Source of the DNA: Octopus vulgaris
Lineage: Eukaryota
Direction: 5' to 3'
NCBI GenBank assembly: GCA_951406725.2
Contig: OX597817.1
Span: 91,760,001-91,824,000, forward strand
Length of the DNA stretch: 64,000 nt
Part shown: positions 25,785-39,794 of the stretch, one piece after another
Layout: each line of letters begins with the position of its first letter
Numbering within the stretch: position 1 is the first letter of the stretch
Program-made: the position numbers and the translations under genes
The notes under the pieces: generated by a model
Seen by the model: the letters and a program-made list of their open reading frames with translations, nothing else
Database searches by the model: none
What the model was told of the DNA's origin: nothing

Positions 25785-25786
<2 letters not shown>
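25570..25786. repeat. Diverged fold-back with ~90-bp arms between (TA)-rich runs
   Basis: gtgtgaaggatatgcaagg..acaagaaaactaatat..tagacttaccctgtat mirrored by atacagggtaagtcta..atattagttttcttgt..ccttgcatttccttcaca. Confidence 0.85.
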
Positions 25787-25820
<34 letters not shown>

Positions 25821-25824
<4 letters not shown>

Positions 25825-25965
25825 GAAGAATTCACAAAAAAGAACAAAAGACGAAGACAGGTGGTGTTGACAGCAAACAGATGTATTAGTTTAATGCTCG
25901 AGAAGTAAAAAAGTCTTTTATGTTTTGAGTCTACGCTCTTCCACAGAAAGAAACAAGGAGAGAGA
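25821..25965 (-). mobile_element. pLTR-like element with hammerhead-like motif (25915-25950)
   Basis: Minus strand: cttt CTGTGGA A GAGC gtag ACTC AAAA CA TA AAAG; homologous to 2263-2530. Confidence 0.6.
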
Positions 25966-26056
25966 TGTATTATATATATATATATATTATGTATATATTA
26001 TATATATATATATATATTATGTATATATTATATATATATATATATATTATGTATAT

Positions 26057-26100
<44 letters not shown>

Positions 26101-26175
26101 GTATATTATATATATATATATATATATATGCATAGATTGATCGCTAGCCACTAAATTTCTTTTATTTTCTCTCTG

Positions 26176-26712
26176 TGTGGATGTGTCAGGCTGGGGGTTG
26201 GGTCAAAAGTCAAGGAAATGTTGGAGTGCACGCAGCTCCTCGTGGTGAGGGATCATCGTGTAAAGGTTCTGGGTGTCGAGAGTGAAGAGAAGTTTAGAGG
26301 GGCCAAGAGGGAAGGAGAAAGAGTTGAACAAATGAAGTGCATTGTTGGTGTCATGGATGTGAGAGTGAAGCCACTAGGGAGGGCAAGGACATGGTCAAGA
26401 TATCTGGAGATGAGCCCTGTGGGGCAGTTGCAGGTGGAGACGATGGGGCGGCCAGGGTTGTTAGGTTTGTGGATTTTGGAGAGTAAGTGAACTGTGGGGG
26501 AGCAAAGGGTGCAGACAATGAGGTTGAGGCTGTGGGGGAGACGGGAGGAGGAGATGAGGTCATGGATAATGGAGGACACAGTCTGTTGATAGCTGGGTGA
26601 GGGGTCAGAGGGCAGAGGGCTGTAGAAGGAGGTGTCTTGAAATTGGCAGAGTGCTTCCGCCTTGTAGAGGTCCGCACACCACTATGGCTCCACCCTTGTT
26701 GGCCGGTTTTAT
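26176..26712 (-). pseudogene. Penelope-like reverse transcriptase fragment
   Basis: KPANKGGA (DKG motif), KIHKPNNPGRPIVSTCNCPT, LFTLDTQNLYTMIPH across frameshifts. Confidence 0.88.
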
Positions 26713-28312
26713 GTGTGTGTGTGTGTATGTATATATCTATGTATCTATGTATCTATCTATCTAAATTTCAAGTAACTTTATGGTTGATAACATAAGATAA
26801 TAGGTACACACAATTTGAGCTCCTCCAATCATGGAATAGATTGCATCTAAAATGTTGGCTACTAACTGCTGGCAGGGGTCTGCGCCTTCTGCACATCTAT
26901 TCTTAAAACAGTTGTAATGGCTATCTGTTTATCTTCTTCCTTCTTATCTAGCTTTGGCCTCTACCTATGATGACCAGCTTTACCAACTATTTAATATGAA
27001 TAACTTAGAATTACTCTATAACAACATGTATCACACCCATTATGAACATTCCTCTACTTACCTTTTATTGACCTCTTGTGATCTAAATTCCTGTAACATG
27101 CAATTTTATCCTCATGCTTTGAGAAATATATAGATGCTACAATCTGACCTAATAACAATTGTTTAGTTGTTGATACCATTTTTCCATGTATGTATTTATC
27201 TAGTGCTTATTTAAACTTTAAATTGCATGACAAATAACCAGTATTCAGAACACCACGTGTATTCTCATTCGTGTTGTATCTGTATCCTTTGTTATGAAAC
27301 CGGAGTTTGAGTGTTTCACAAATTACAAGTAAAAAGAAAATAGAACATGAGAGATTGTTTGTAAGATATTTAGTTACACCATCTTACATGCCATTGACAC
27401 AAGGTGATTATTAGGTGCATAATGTATATTAGATAATCAAGTCAGATCATCAAAAATGAGTAGGTTTTCTACATAACATGATTTGATTCAGAAATGTTGA
27501 CAGAATCATACACACATATCCAAACACACATGCACATACATACACATACACACATGTATTAATGTAAAGAAACAGGCTGGCTCATTTAGCCCATCAGAGT
27601 CATACTCTTTCAATGAGTCCCTTTTAGCCAGTGACCTGCATGCTAGGACTTGTATCACAAAAGGTCCACTTCAGTTCATGTAATATCTGTAAAGTGGAGA
27701 TGAGTAAGGACATAGTTGGATATAGGCACATGGGAGAGGTAGAAAAGAGTAAACATACATGAATATGAATAGGTTTATATATGTATAAAGGCTGAGTGTA
27801 GGAAGAACATTATACTAATTCCTCATTAGTGGTGGGGGAAACTTTAATGGAGGAAGAGCCAACCCTTATACTTAGGGTGTAGCCAACAAGCTGGGTAAAA
27901 TGTACTGGTGTTCATAATAGTAAAAAGAAAAATCCTCATTTATAAACTTCAGGTAAATCTCTGAAGGAAGGGAATATTTCCAATTGAATCTTTTCTCTGC
28001 CAAGCAAAGCCTGCACCTCCTGTTATCTATTAATGTCTTGATCATACTGTTTCATTCAACCATTTATAATCATTGCTAGACTTACTTTTCATTGCCAGCA
28101 TGGAACAATTAGGTAACAACAAACAGACTACACATCAGAACATTCAGAACAAGTCAAAACAATCAAAACACCAGATTCCACCACTATGATTCCTGGATTT
28201 TCAGAACAATAGTGAGATTATATCCTTATGCTAACTACTGTTTCTCTATAGCCATGCACCAGTCAACGAGCTTATTGTGAGCTCTCTTTGAATCTTTGAA
28301 TTTCTATTTTTG

Positions 28313-29581
28313 TATGAAGGTCAGCTGAAAAGTTCATAGGCTGTCCAAAGTACTCTCATGGAATGTGACCAAATGGGGTTTATTTTTCAACATAGTCTTC
28401 ACCTTGTGGTCCACTCACTTCTTCCAGTGTTGCAGATCCTATTGGTGAACAAGCTTTCATCCTGTTTTTCAAAAACGCCATCAAAAGCAGATATGACATC
28501 ATCATCACTGTGATACTGGTCCTCAGTCGAGTGTTTTTCCATGTTGGAGAACAGATGATAGTAAGATGGGGCCAAATCTGGACTATAGGGAGGGTGATCA
28601 ACCAGTTCAAAGCCAGTCATGCACTGCAGCGATTAAAACCAAGGTCTTGTATGCTGGAGCATTGTTCTGATGAAACAAGACCCCCTTTCTCAGTTTTTCT
28701 GAGCGTTTGATCTTGATAGCCTTTTGTAACTGCCTCAGCAAATTGACATAGTACTTGCTATTGATGGTTTGGCTCCTTTCAAGTTAGTAAATAAACATGA
28801 TGCCTTTTGTATTCCAAAAAACCTGAGGCCTTCACTTTCCCTGTGTATGAAACACCTTGGCTATTTTTGGAGAAGACAAGTGGGGTGTATCCACTGCATG
28901 GATTGTCTCTTTGTTTTTGACTCAAAGTGATAAACCCAACATGCATCCTGGCTTAGGAAACATTCCAGGAATCCAGTTGGGCCTGCCTCAAGCAATGTCA
29001 GATTTTTCCATGATATGATCAGCCTGGTGCACTTTTGATTAGGTGACAGATGTGGCAGAAGCCTTTATCATGCCAAGTTAGTTGTGCAGAAAATTCTCAA
29101 TTCACTCAAGGGACATGCTAATAGCATAAGCTTTTTGATTTATAGTCAATCGCCTGTCATCTGTCAGTAAGTAGTGAACATAATCAATGTTTTCCCCAGT
29201 GGTGACAGTTGCAGAGCATCCAGACCTTGGGACATCTTCAAGACTCTCCATTCCCCTTCTAAATTCAGCTGTCCACTTTTGCACAGTTGATAAAGCTGTA
29301 GAATCATCCCCTAATGTAGTGACCAGGTCAGTATGACTGTCATTGTAAGTAAAGGCCTTTTTCTGCAGGTATTTGATAACACCATGAAGTCAAATTTTGT
29401 CCATTTCCAAGAGAAGTCACTACTAGTTACTTTTGAAGCTTTCTTTTAACAGTCAGATATCAGTTTAGCTGAAGAGAACAAAACAGTTATTGATAAGAAG
29501 TGTTTAAACTAATGCATACAAGATCTCACAGCTCAGTATCACTTCTTTATAGTCAGCCTATGAACTTTTCAGCCCATCCTC

Positions 29582-29584
<3 letters not shown>
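28313..29584 (-). mobile_element. Full-length but decayed mariner transposon (~1.27 kb)
   Basis: ~31-bp TIRs tatgaaggtcagctgaaaagttcataggctg / cagcctatgaacttttcagcccatcctcata; transposase remnants QKWTAEFRRGMESLEDVPRSG and HPPYSPDLAPSYYHLF. Confidence 0.93.
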
Positions 29585-29612
<28 letters not shown>

Positions 29613-29756
29613 TGTATGTATGTATGTATGTATGTATGTATGTATGTATGTATGCATGCATGCATGCATGTATGTATGTAAGTCTGTATGTATGTAAGTC
29701 TGTATGCATGTATGTATGTATGTATGTATGTATGTATGTGTGTATGTGTGTATGTA
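29585..29756. repeat. (TATG)n microsatellite
   Basis: Direct reading. Confidence 0.97.
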
Positions 29757-29757
29757 G

Positions 29758-30010
29758 CATCATCATCATTATTTAACATCTGTCTTCCATGCTGGCATGG
29801 ATGGATGGTTTGACCAGAGCTAGGTAAGCAGGAGAGCTACACCAGGTTCTAGCCTGATTTCATTTGGTTTCTATGGCTGGATGCTCTTCCTTGCACAAAC
29901 CACTTTACAAAGTGTGCTGGATGCTTTTTACATGGCACTTGCACAGGTGCTATTAAGTGGCACCGACATATGTTCTTTTTACATGGCACCAACTCAAGGC
30001 TCTTGCATGC
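29758..30010 (-). mobile_element. Old RTE 3'-end copy
   Basis: (CAT)n + tttaacatc..ttccatgctggcatgg..tttctatggctggatg; similar diverged copies near 30200, 48515, 59960 and 60375. Confidence 0.6.
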
Positions 30011-31247
30011 CAGTCCTCTTCAGCAAGGGGAGCAGTATTAATAATTTTGCTGTGGAGCATGAGTCTTCTTGAGTACAGCAAAACAGAGATGTGCCTCCTT
30101 GTCTTCACATCACATGATAGTTATAAACAGGCATCACCAGTCATACAAGTTGGGCTTTATGTTCTCAATGTTCCCTGAAATCATACCTGGGCATGGTGAA
30201 ACATTACTTTGCTTGGCAGCAGGTGAGGGTTGGTGACAGGAAGGACATCTGGCTGCAGAAAATCTGCCTCAACAAATGCCATCTGACCCAAGCAAGCATA
30301 AAAAAGTGAGTGTTAAAACAAGGATGATGTTTTGTGTGTGTGTACATGTGTGTGTGCATGTGAAAGAGAGAGACAAAAGGGACAGACAGACAAAGAAAGA
30401 GATAGACAGAGAGAGAAAGTGTGTATGCATATGAGTGTATGGGGGGAAGGGTGAGAGAGATTGTGTGTGTGTATTTGCATGCATGCACATATGTGTGTGT
30501 GAGTGTATGTGTGTGAGTGTACATGTGTGTTCTTTTGTGAATGTGTGTGTGCATCTGTGTGTGTGCATGTGTGTGTGTGTGTTTATTATATCAAAAAAAT
30601 TGCAATGTGCTCAATTTTGCCTGAAGGCTGGCTGATGACTACAAGAATGAAGGAACCTGTAATATTTATAAGTTTGGGAAGGTAATTGAAAGTTCTACTT
30701 CTGAAGTAGAGAAGGTAGTTGTAGGTTGTCAATTGTATTTCAGAATTTAAAATATGACAAAAGTAAACCAGTGCAAACTACACAGAACTGGGAATTAGTA
30801 GCTATGTTTAGAGGCATGTTTGAATATACTGTCTTTTTACTGTCTGAGATATATGTGTAATGATTTGTATTTTCATGTGAATAGACACTCATACATTCAT
30901 ATACACACTCACATGCATACAATTATATACAAATATGTACAAACATATAAATGTTTTCACACACCAAGACCTATAAAGAAACATACACCACCATATTTAT
31001 ACACATATAGTTAAGAGCTTATTTTGATAGAATTGTGTAAGATGGTTTTGCTCTAACATTACATGGCTCACTGAACAAATGCCTAAAGTGCTTGTTGCTA
31101 TCATTATCAAGCACAATAAAAATAAATTTAGGATGGTCAGATTTTTAAAAAATAGCATGTGTGAGTGTGTGTCTGTGTGTATGTGTGCAGTTGTGTGTGT
31201 CTGTGTGTATGTGTGCAGTTGTGTGTGTCTGTGTGTATGTGTGCAGT

Positions 31248-31311
<64 letters not shown>

Positions 31312-31608
31312 TGCATGCATGCGTGCGTGTGCATCTCTGTGTTTTTCTCTACCACTGTTTAATAACCGGTGTTGGTTTGTTTTTTGACCCCATAAGCCAG
31401 CAGTTTGGCAAAAGAGATGAATAGAATAAGTTCTAGGCTGAAAAAATGTACTGGGGTTGATTTTTTTCAATTAAACTCTTCAAGGCAGTGTCCTAGCATG
31501 GGTGCAATCCAATGGCTGAAACAAGTGGAATGTTTAACCAAAAAGGAAAACTATAATTGTCATTAAATATGACTAGGGTGTTAGAAACACCCACATTGCT
31601 AGAAATAT

Positions 31609-32005
31609 GAGCTAAAATGCTCTAATGCTGTTATGAAAGCACATAATTGTATACATATATACTGGTAGAGACTATAATCATCTGAAAACACCAATCGAGA
31701 ATTCCTTATACTAATGTCATCAGTGAGGAGTGGCTTGTTTACGGTAGATTCTGGACTTAATCCTCTATCAGTATAATATGTTTTCACCCATTCAGAAATT
31801 CTTATGATGGAAACATATACAGATAGAGAATTAAGTCTGGAATCTACTGAAGTCAAGCCAGTCCTTACTGATGAGGCAATAAAAACTACCGAAATTGACA
31901 TAAGTAAAAGGAATTCTCAATCAGTGTTTTCAAACAATTATAGTCTCTACCAGTATATGTGTATACAATCATGTGCTTATCTACAGCATTAGAGCAGTTT
32001 AACTC
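31609..32005. mobile_element. ~400-bp diverged fold-back element; right arm carries a hammerhead-like motif
   Basis: 31609-~31788 is a diverged reverse complement of ~31806-32005 (also seen as the similar ORFs 31599-31901 minus and 31804-31992 plus); lies next to (TA)n. Confidence 0.85.
31864..31904 (+). ncRNA. Hammerhead-like motif
   Basis: CTTA CTGATGA GGca..taCC GAAA ttgaca TAAG: exact CUGAUGA and GAAA, 4-bp stem I; U16.1 appears replaced by C. Confidence 0.55.
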
Positions 32006-32007
32006 TG

Positions 32008-32039
<32 letters not shown>

Positions 32040-32074
32040 GTTTTGCCAAATATGAGCTTTCTTTTCAGATACAT

Positions 32075-32970
32075 GATGCTGCTGTCCCCCATCCCAGGGT
32101 CTCACAGGCCCACACCTCCCACACCCTCAGGTTTGGGACACTCAATGTGGCACAGTTAAAGGTAGGTCTGGTGAGATTGTTGAGATGCTTGAACGGAGAC
32201 GTGTAGATTGGTGCTGCATCCAAGAAGTAAGGTGGAGAGGAGGTTCTGCTAAGTTCTTCACAGGCAAAGAACATAGGTGTAAGATTTTCTGGGCAGGGAA
32301 CACTGACGGGGTTAGGGATGTGGGTATACTTCTTGTGGAGAAATGGGTTGATAAGGTAATTAGGGTAGTCAGAGTCTGCGATAGAATACTTAAGATTAGT
32401 ATTCTTTAATACTTAAGATTAGTATTAGAATACTTAGATTAGTGCTGCACCATGGGTTAGCAACCATTATCTCGGCCTATGCCCCTCAGCCAGGGCTACC
32501 TGATGGACAGAAAGACCGATTTTATGACCCCCTCTTGCAGACTACTTCGTCAACATATGACAGGGACCTTCTCTTTGTGGCTGGTGACTTCAATAGGCAT
32601 GTTGGACAACATGCAGGAGGTTTCCATGAAGGCTATGGTTTTTGTTCCCACAATGAGGAGGGAATCAGGCTGCTGGAATTCTGTGATGCAAATAATCTTA
32701 TGGTTTGTAACACTAACTTCAGGATACCTGCCAGTCACCTATTCACCTATCGATCTGGTAGACACACTAGTCAAATTGACTACATCCTCACCAGGAAATA
32801 GTGAAAATGGTTAGTTGTAAATGCCAAAACCTTCCCATGTGAAGAATGCACTCCACAACATAATGGTGTCAGCTATAGTCAAGTTGCCTGTATAGTCAAC
32901 CAGGTGATACACAAAGGAGTCATACTCAATGACTGGTGTAGCAGTACTATAGTCAACTGCTATAAAGGTA
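32075..32970 (+). pseudogene. RTE LINE fragment: AP endonuclease joined by a deletion to the pre-RT region
   Basis: CCIQEVRWRG, ISAYAPQPGL, AGDFN, SQIDYIL; 32864-32970 homologous to 52090-52200. Confidence 0.9.
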
Positions 32971-34099
32971 CAAATAATTGTACAAATAATACACTCATTT
33001 TTATGTAACATGTTTTCCCTCCTCTACTACTTCCTTTCAGAATCTCCGTGTTTTATTTCTCTTCCTCTTCCTCATATATCATATGCACTCACTCCCTCTC
33101 TTCCTCTCTATCGCTTCCTTGATGTCAATAGCTGATTCTTCTCATATTTCCCCCACTTTTTCTCTCTTACGACTTTACTTTGTTTTCCTCATAGACTGCT
33201 AATTATTGCAAATGATGTCATAAATATCTCTATATACTCCTCTCTCTCTCTCTCTCTCTCTATTTCTCTCTCTCTCTCTCTCAAAATTTACAGCTCCTCA
33301 TGAAAATTTGCCAATGTCTGAAGCACAAGAAAGATGAGTAGTAGAGAGAGGGCAAATTATTGAAAACAAATAGAGGAATATTTCTGCTCCTACCTCCCCC
33401 ACTTTCTATCTCATCCATTTTCTCTATCTTATGACTTTACTTTCATCATTTCTCCCTCTGTCTGTCAACACTTACTGCTGCTCATAAAAATTTGCCACTG
33501 TCATATTACATTTTACATCAAAAGTTATTTGATTAAATAAACATATCTATCACAAAAAGATTTATCTTTGTTTACATTTCCATATGTTCCATCACTCAAA
33601 TTGTTTAGATCTTAAATATCCTAAAGTCACATTTTTAGAGTTTCTCTTTAATCGTATTAGCTACTGGTCAGTTCTTAGACAGTGATAATTTCATTATATC
33701 AATATCCATGTACCTTCTTGATTGTTTCCCCCACCCCCATCCCACCCACTATAAAAGTTTTATTCTTTCCTGTTACAACAAGAAAAGACACTTGCTTATA
33801 ATTACTTTTTTAATAATTTTTTTCCTTCACTAATGCCACAGAAAAAGATGTGCTTCACCTACGATGCTGGCACCAAATGCAAGAGTGTTCTGAGGATGCC
33901 TGAAACAAATGAACAGTGTCAACAAAAATGTCATGCTGATGCTGACAGGACATGGCAACTGATGTAAATAGACTGCTCCAAGCAGGCTATCTGTAGAAAC
34001 TGAAGATGCCTGATGAAAGACTGGTTTGCCTTCAATGGTATGCTACCACAGAGGCTGTACATAGACATCACGAAATCCCACAGCAGAAATCTCAAAGAG

Positions 34100-34850
34100 C
34101 AATAAGCAGAGTCTAGATACCAGCCATATACACATAAGCTGTGGAAAAGAAGTGCTTTCATCTATGATCCTGGACATGACTAAGTTTCTGGAAAAATAGT
34201 TTCAACTGGTACTATGTCCAAAATCTGTGATAAATGCTTAGCCAAGAAGTAGAAACAAAAGACAAATGCAATATGCTGTTCCAATAGAAAAGGCAATCTA
34301 CTAGTCCTTGCCAATCCACCAGATCTCCTAAAACAGCTTCTTACTATCACTACTAAGGAATCCATGCACTTTTTAAAAACCATCAGAAAATATGTCTCTG
34401 CTTTCCAAATGATTTCCTTAGCAGCCATCATAAACAAAGAGGAATCTATGTTAATTTTTAAAAGTACAAGGACAATCAACCAGAAGATTTGTTCACTTCA
34501 ACTTTTCTCCAGTAAAGAGTCCTGGTTTCTGCAGCTGTACTTTGTTGATGACTGAAAGTTCATAATAGAAATACCATTTCCAAAAGTACAAATTATGATC
34601 TTAAACTATGTAAAGAGTTTCAAGTATGCTTTGGAGTTTGCACCCAGTTTGTAATTTTAAATTATCTTTGATGAACAAAAGAGATCATCTGTAGAATATG
34701 CACATTGTTTCGATGCACCTGAATGAAATGATGTTGCTGTTGTCATAAGTGGAAAACCACATTGTAGAAGAGACATAATTCTAAAGTACAAATGACAGCA
34801 TTATCAAAATGAATGAGACAAAGATCCTATGTTGCATTACAACAATTCCA
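34100..34850 (+). pseudogene. Helitron Rep/helicase N-terminal remnant
   Basis: AFIYDP..MSKICDKCLAKK..ICCSN..PPDLLKQLL..HFLKTIRKYVSAFQMISL..KVQGQ..FLQLYFVD..DVAVVISG..RRDIIL across stops and frameshifts. Confidence 0.8.
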
Positions 34851-35690
34851 AATTAAATAAAACTATGTTCCCTTTCACTCAACTCTATATTTCTATTTAA
34901 TATGTTTGAATTTGAAAGATGGTATTTGCACAAATTATGAAATATACTATTTTTATTAAGCACATACCTGTAGGACAGATATGCGCTTAATATGAGTATG
35001 ACACAAACAACTACAAACACAGTGGAAAACAGTTTAATTCTTTACAAGAAAATTAACATTTTAAGAGAAGTCAAATAATGCTTTGTTACACTGGGTATAC
35101 CTTTCTTAAGTACAACTCTGAAATCATTCATAACCATTTTTTATCCCGAGCAATGCTGAACATGCTGCTAAACATACACATACACATGAACATGCATATA
35201 TTCACACATGCATGTGTGTGTGTGTGTGTATGTGTACGCATATATACATATACATGTATATATATCTATGTGCACATATTCACATACACACATAAAGTGT
35301 ATATGTATAACAGTCTTTGAACTAATAGCTTAGTTGTTAATTGCCTAGTGACATACAGATACCCTTGTTGTTTCCCAACAAAACCCTTTCTGTCTTATCC
35401 AGTAAATGAAGTCTCAATACCAGCCTTTTCTCTCCAGCTACCAGTATGCACCTTCACTTTTATCAGAAACTTTAATCCACCTTTATTCCCACCTACCACA
35501 CACCTTAAGGGTTGCCTGGTAAAGTGTAAAAGTCATAGAGATCCATGACTTTACTGCTGCACTAGAATTCCAAACAAACCAAATAGTTTATGGAAAGGCT
35601 TCCGCACTGAAAGGACATAGATTCTACATGCCACTTTGAAGATAGCCAGTCTAAGAGAGCAGTGACTCTGAGTGGAAACATACAGTTTAA

Positions 35691-35905
35691 CCCATTAACA
35701 TTCAAAATAGGCCATATTAGGCCAAAATATTCTACTTGCTTTATGTTCAAACTGACCAGATCCAGACTGTCACACTCCTCAGTGTCATTCTAAAAATAAG
35801 CAATCACATCATCAAAATCTCAAAGCCATGAGATAATGCAAGCTTAATTTTAAACAATGTGAATAAATAAGCATTGCATTTAATGGGAATCTGAATGCTA
35901 AAGGG
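35691..35905. mobile_element. piggyBac-like MITE
   Basis: TTAA|cccattaacattcaaa .. tctgaatgctaaaggg|ttgg (right TTAA degenerate). Confidence 0.6.
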
Positions 35906-36073
35906 TTGGAGAAGATTCAGACACCTTTTTTGTGCTTGTGGTGTAATGAAATTTATTCAGTCCATAAAGTGCTCCAGTTAGGAAAAAAAAGACATATAGA
36001 AAAGAATTAATGGTAAGAATGTAGGGTAGACTCTTTAATTTAATGTTGGCAGTATGATAAAATTTATCTAGGC

Positions 36074-36373
36074 CAGTGGGTCCCCAACTTTTATGGCCTG
36101 CCATCCCCTTGGTACCCAAAACACATTCCTAGCACCCTCCCATCACACATTCACCATCACAGACATAAACCGTTTTCTGCAGCAAATTCAAAACAACAGT
36201 ATTTCACAAATAAAACTTAATCTAATGAACTCATTATTTTGTTTGCTTTTACATCCATCACCCTCTTTTGGCCACCCCATTATTGCCCTACTTTTCTTCA
36301 AAGCCCCCCACCCCAGCCACCAAATCTTTCCACCACCCCAGAGGGGTAGTACCATCCACTTTGGGAACCACTG
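36074..36373. mobile_element. hAT-type MITE
   Basis: TIRs cagtgggtcccca / tgggaaccactg; 8-bp TSD atctaggc / atctagtc. Confidence 0.8.
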
Positions 36374-37613
36374 ATCTAGTCCATGGTGCCAGATGGTAGA
36401 TGATAGGATGGGTGTCTTACTGTAGAAACTATATCAAAATAGCAATATGCACAACAGCAAAGATGGTTGGTTTATCTCTGTTGATGAATGCAGCTGTGAT
36501 GATGGGCTGTGGTGGGTGATGACTTGCCCCACCCATATAACATGAGAAACATTTATATAAAATAATAAGGATTATAATATATGTGTATCCATAATTATGT
36601 ATGTGTGTGTGCATGTATGTTATGTGTGCATATGAATGAGTGTGTAACTGTTGTTGACATTCTTTAGCATCAGCAGCAGCAGCATTCACCAACAATAATT
36701 GTGAAAAAAGAAAATTTAAAAGAAGAATGACTGTGATTTGCGAAATGTCTGAGGTGGTGAGTTAAGTGAAGGTAAAGGAGGAAAGAGGAGCAAAAATAGG
36801 GAAAGAAAGGTGAGGACCTAGACAAAGAAACCATCAGTTTAGTGTTGAGAGATCATGGGTCTTTATCCCCACCACCACCCCATACATACACCCATATTTA
36901 GCTTTATGTAGCAAAGCAAACCCTTCAATTTGCAGTCATTAAGAGCTAGCTAATCAGAGAATTCCAAGAAAATAATGGCCCAGTATGGGGTATGGATAAT
37001 TGTTGCAGGAGGGTACAGAAAATATACATCCTTACATTTTTATTTGGTCCCAATCAAATTGGTTGTCTAAAATTTAAAGTATAACACCAAAACCTAAATA
37101 CAAAATAGCACTATAGGGAAAACAAGAAAAAATTAAAATTTAGTAGAAATATATAAACAAAAGATGAATTCTGTGCCTGCTTAAAATGTGAATTCTAACC
37201 CAGCCCCCATCATAGAAACCACAAAAAATAATAAATATTTAAAATCAAGTAAAATGAAATAAACCCATTTTCTCTAAATTATTTCAGATTATTCGAAAAT
37301 GCATCAATTTGACTTGTATTTTAAACCTGTTTTTCCCCTCTGTTTTTGAAATATCTTTGAAGTTGTAAAATAAAGGTGCGGAAGTCATTTCTTAAATTTT
37401 TTTTATTTGTTGTTGTTGTCTGTTGATTAATTAATTTCATTTATTTATTTTTGCTTTTTTACATAGGGAGGGACAGTCCATTTCCTGATTGTTAGCAATT
37501 TAGTAGCAGTTCTTATTATTATTGGTTATTATTGCAGTTTTTGATGATAATGAGGAGGAGGGGAGGACGAAGAGGGGAGGAGGGAGAGAGGAGAGGAGGA
37601 AGAGGAGGGGTGT

Positions 37614-37650
<37 letters not shown>

Positions 37651-37929
37651 AATGATGATCATTGTGTTATTGTTATTGCTATTATTATAGTGCAGAGTAG
37701 CAGAATATAGTTACTACATCTCATTATTTAGCCCTGTATCTCTATGTTTAGAGTTCAAATCCTACCAGAGTCAGTTTTGCTCTTCATCCTTCTGAGATCA
37801 ATAAAATGAGTGCAGATGAATTACAGGTGTCAATTCAATTCACTACACTTCTTCCTTAAAGTGTGTGTGACCTTGAGCAAAATAAGAAATCTTTAATACA
37901 ATTAATCATTGTTATTATTATTATTCCTA

Positions 37930-38140
37930 AGGTAGCAAGCTGGCAGAATCGTTAGCACCTGGGTGAAATGCTTTGTGGCATTTAGTCTGTCTTTATTTTC
38001 TGAGTTCAAATTTTGCTGAAGCCAACTTTGCCTTTCATCATTTCAGTTTTGATAAAATAAGGACGAGTTGAGCACTGGGGTCAATGTAATCACCTTACCT
38101 CTACCCCAAAATTGCTGGCCTTGTGTCACAATGTGAAACC
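37930..38140 (+). mobile_element. SINE with (TTA)n tail
   Basis: gctggcagaatcgttagcac..ctgagttcaaat..ctttgcctttcatc; homologous to 43848-44090. Confidence 0.8.
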
Positions 38141-38160
38141 ATTATTATTATTATTATTAC

Positions 38161-38193
<33 letters not shown>

Positions 38194-38857
38194 TTTTTTT
38201 TTTCTTCTTCTTTCAAATTTGCTTCCATTTCTTGCCGAGTGTCTTCCCGACTCCTAGGGCAAAGAAACTCATAGTATACATTGGTAGGCCATTAAACCAA
38301 ACTCAGAAGTTCGTTCATTTTTTTTTTTTCTTTTTTTTAAGTTAAATTAAAATACATGAGCAGCAACAGTTCTCACATCGACAATGCTCTTCTCAATACG
38401 TGTGATGTACCAGTTAAGACAATCTTTTGCACTTCTTGCAGGGATGGTAAGCCAGGGATCATTCTCATATAATTTTCGGTTCCCTTCTTGATCATTCCTA
38501 GTGCTCCTACGATCACTGGTATTGTAACCGCGTTGAGATGCCACATTTTCTCAATTTCAATGAGTAGGTCTTTATATTTTCTGAGCTTGTCAAACTCTTT
38601 CGCTGAGATATTATGATCACAGGGGATGCTCATGTCGATCAATAAGCAAACTTTATTGTTTTCGTCTTTCACAACAATATCTGGTTTATTGGCCTTGATG
38701 GTTCGGTCTGTATGTACTGGAAAGTCCTACAGAATGGTTACATTTTCTCCTTCAGTTACAGCCTCAGGGTGGTGATTATACCACTTGTCGGCAGTTTTGA
38801 TATTGTAATGCCGACTTATTAGCCAGTGTAGATATTGGCCAACTCTGTCATGTCTTA
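38194..38857 (-). mobile_element. 5'-truncated R4/Dong-type retrotransposon (restriction-like endonuclease) inside (TAA)n
   Basis: RHDRVGQYLHW, KANKPDIVV, LLIDMSIP, KLRKYKDL, IPVIVGALG; (TAA)n on both sides. Confidence 0.92.
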
Positions 38858-38872
38858 ATTTATTATTATTAC

Positions 38873-38949
<77 letters not shown>

Positions 38950-39794
38950 CTGAATGGTAAAAAGGTGTAGTTGCCATTTCTAAAAAACATCTTCCTCTTT
39001 ACTTCATCCCAGGTACATCTCTTTGATAGAGATGTACCTGGGATCAAGTAAATACCAAGATTAGATATCTGGCATCTAGAATGTTGCTAGAAACTCACAT
39101 TTGTCTAATAGTTGGACATATGCCTGTTTTACAAAATGGAAGAAACTTTCTTTATACTTTCAAAAGAGAGTTAGGCAAAAGTCCAGTCCAATGTATGAAG
39201 ATGAACATTTTCCCAACAGGGGCAGAGCACATAAAACTGTAAACATGGTCTCAAATCATAGATAAAGCAGGAAAACAATTTCAGCTTGTATTCATATGAG
39301 TCCATACATTGGAAGAAGGAATATGGGAACAACTAGAGATATTGATACTGTTCTTGAGCCTTAACTTGCTGTCCCCTTTATGTGGTGAGTGCAAAATCGA
39401 TCTGAAACATGTGCTCATGTAAGGTCTACACAGACTGCCAGGTTCTGATGAACCTTAAATACCAGAGGTTTATGAGAGTAGAGAGAAGGTCAGTCAGATG
39501 ATCAGTGCTTGATAAGAGGCTCTTTTGTTATATGATTGATAGTAAAAGTAACTTGAGAGCCCTCTATCCAGAAAAAGAGAAAGAGAAAAAAAAGCAGACA
39601 GCTGTGGAAGTGGTGTGGTCACAACTGCATGACACTGAATAAAAACAAAGATGTCATGGAAAAGGAAATTCCTTACATGAAAAACAGATAAGAGTATCCA
39701 GCCATAACATACTGCCTCCATAAATTTTCATTCAACCCACATGCCAGTATGGGAAAACGACCTTAAAATAAATACAAAGTGATATAGCTTTCAT

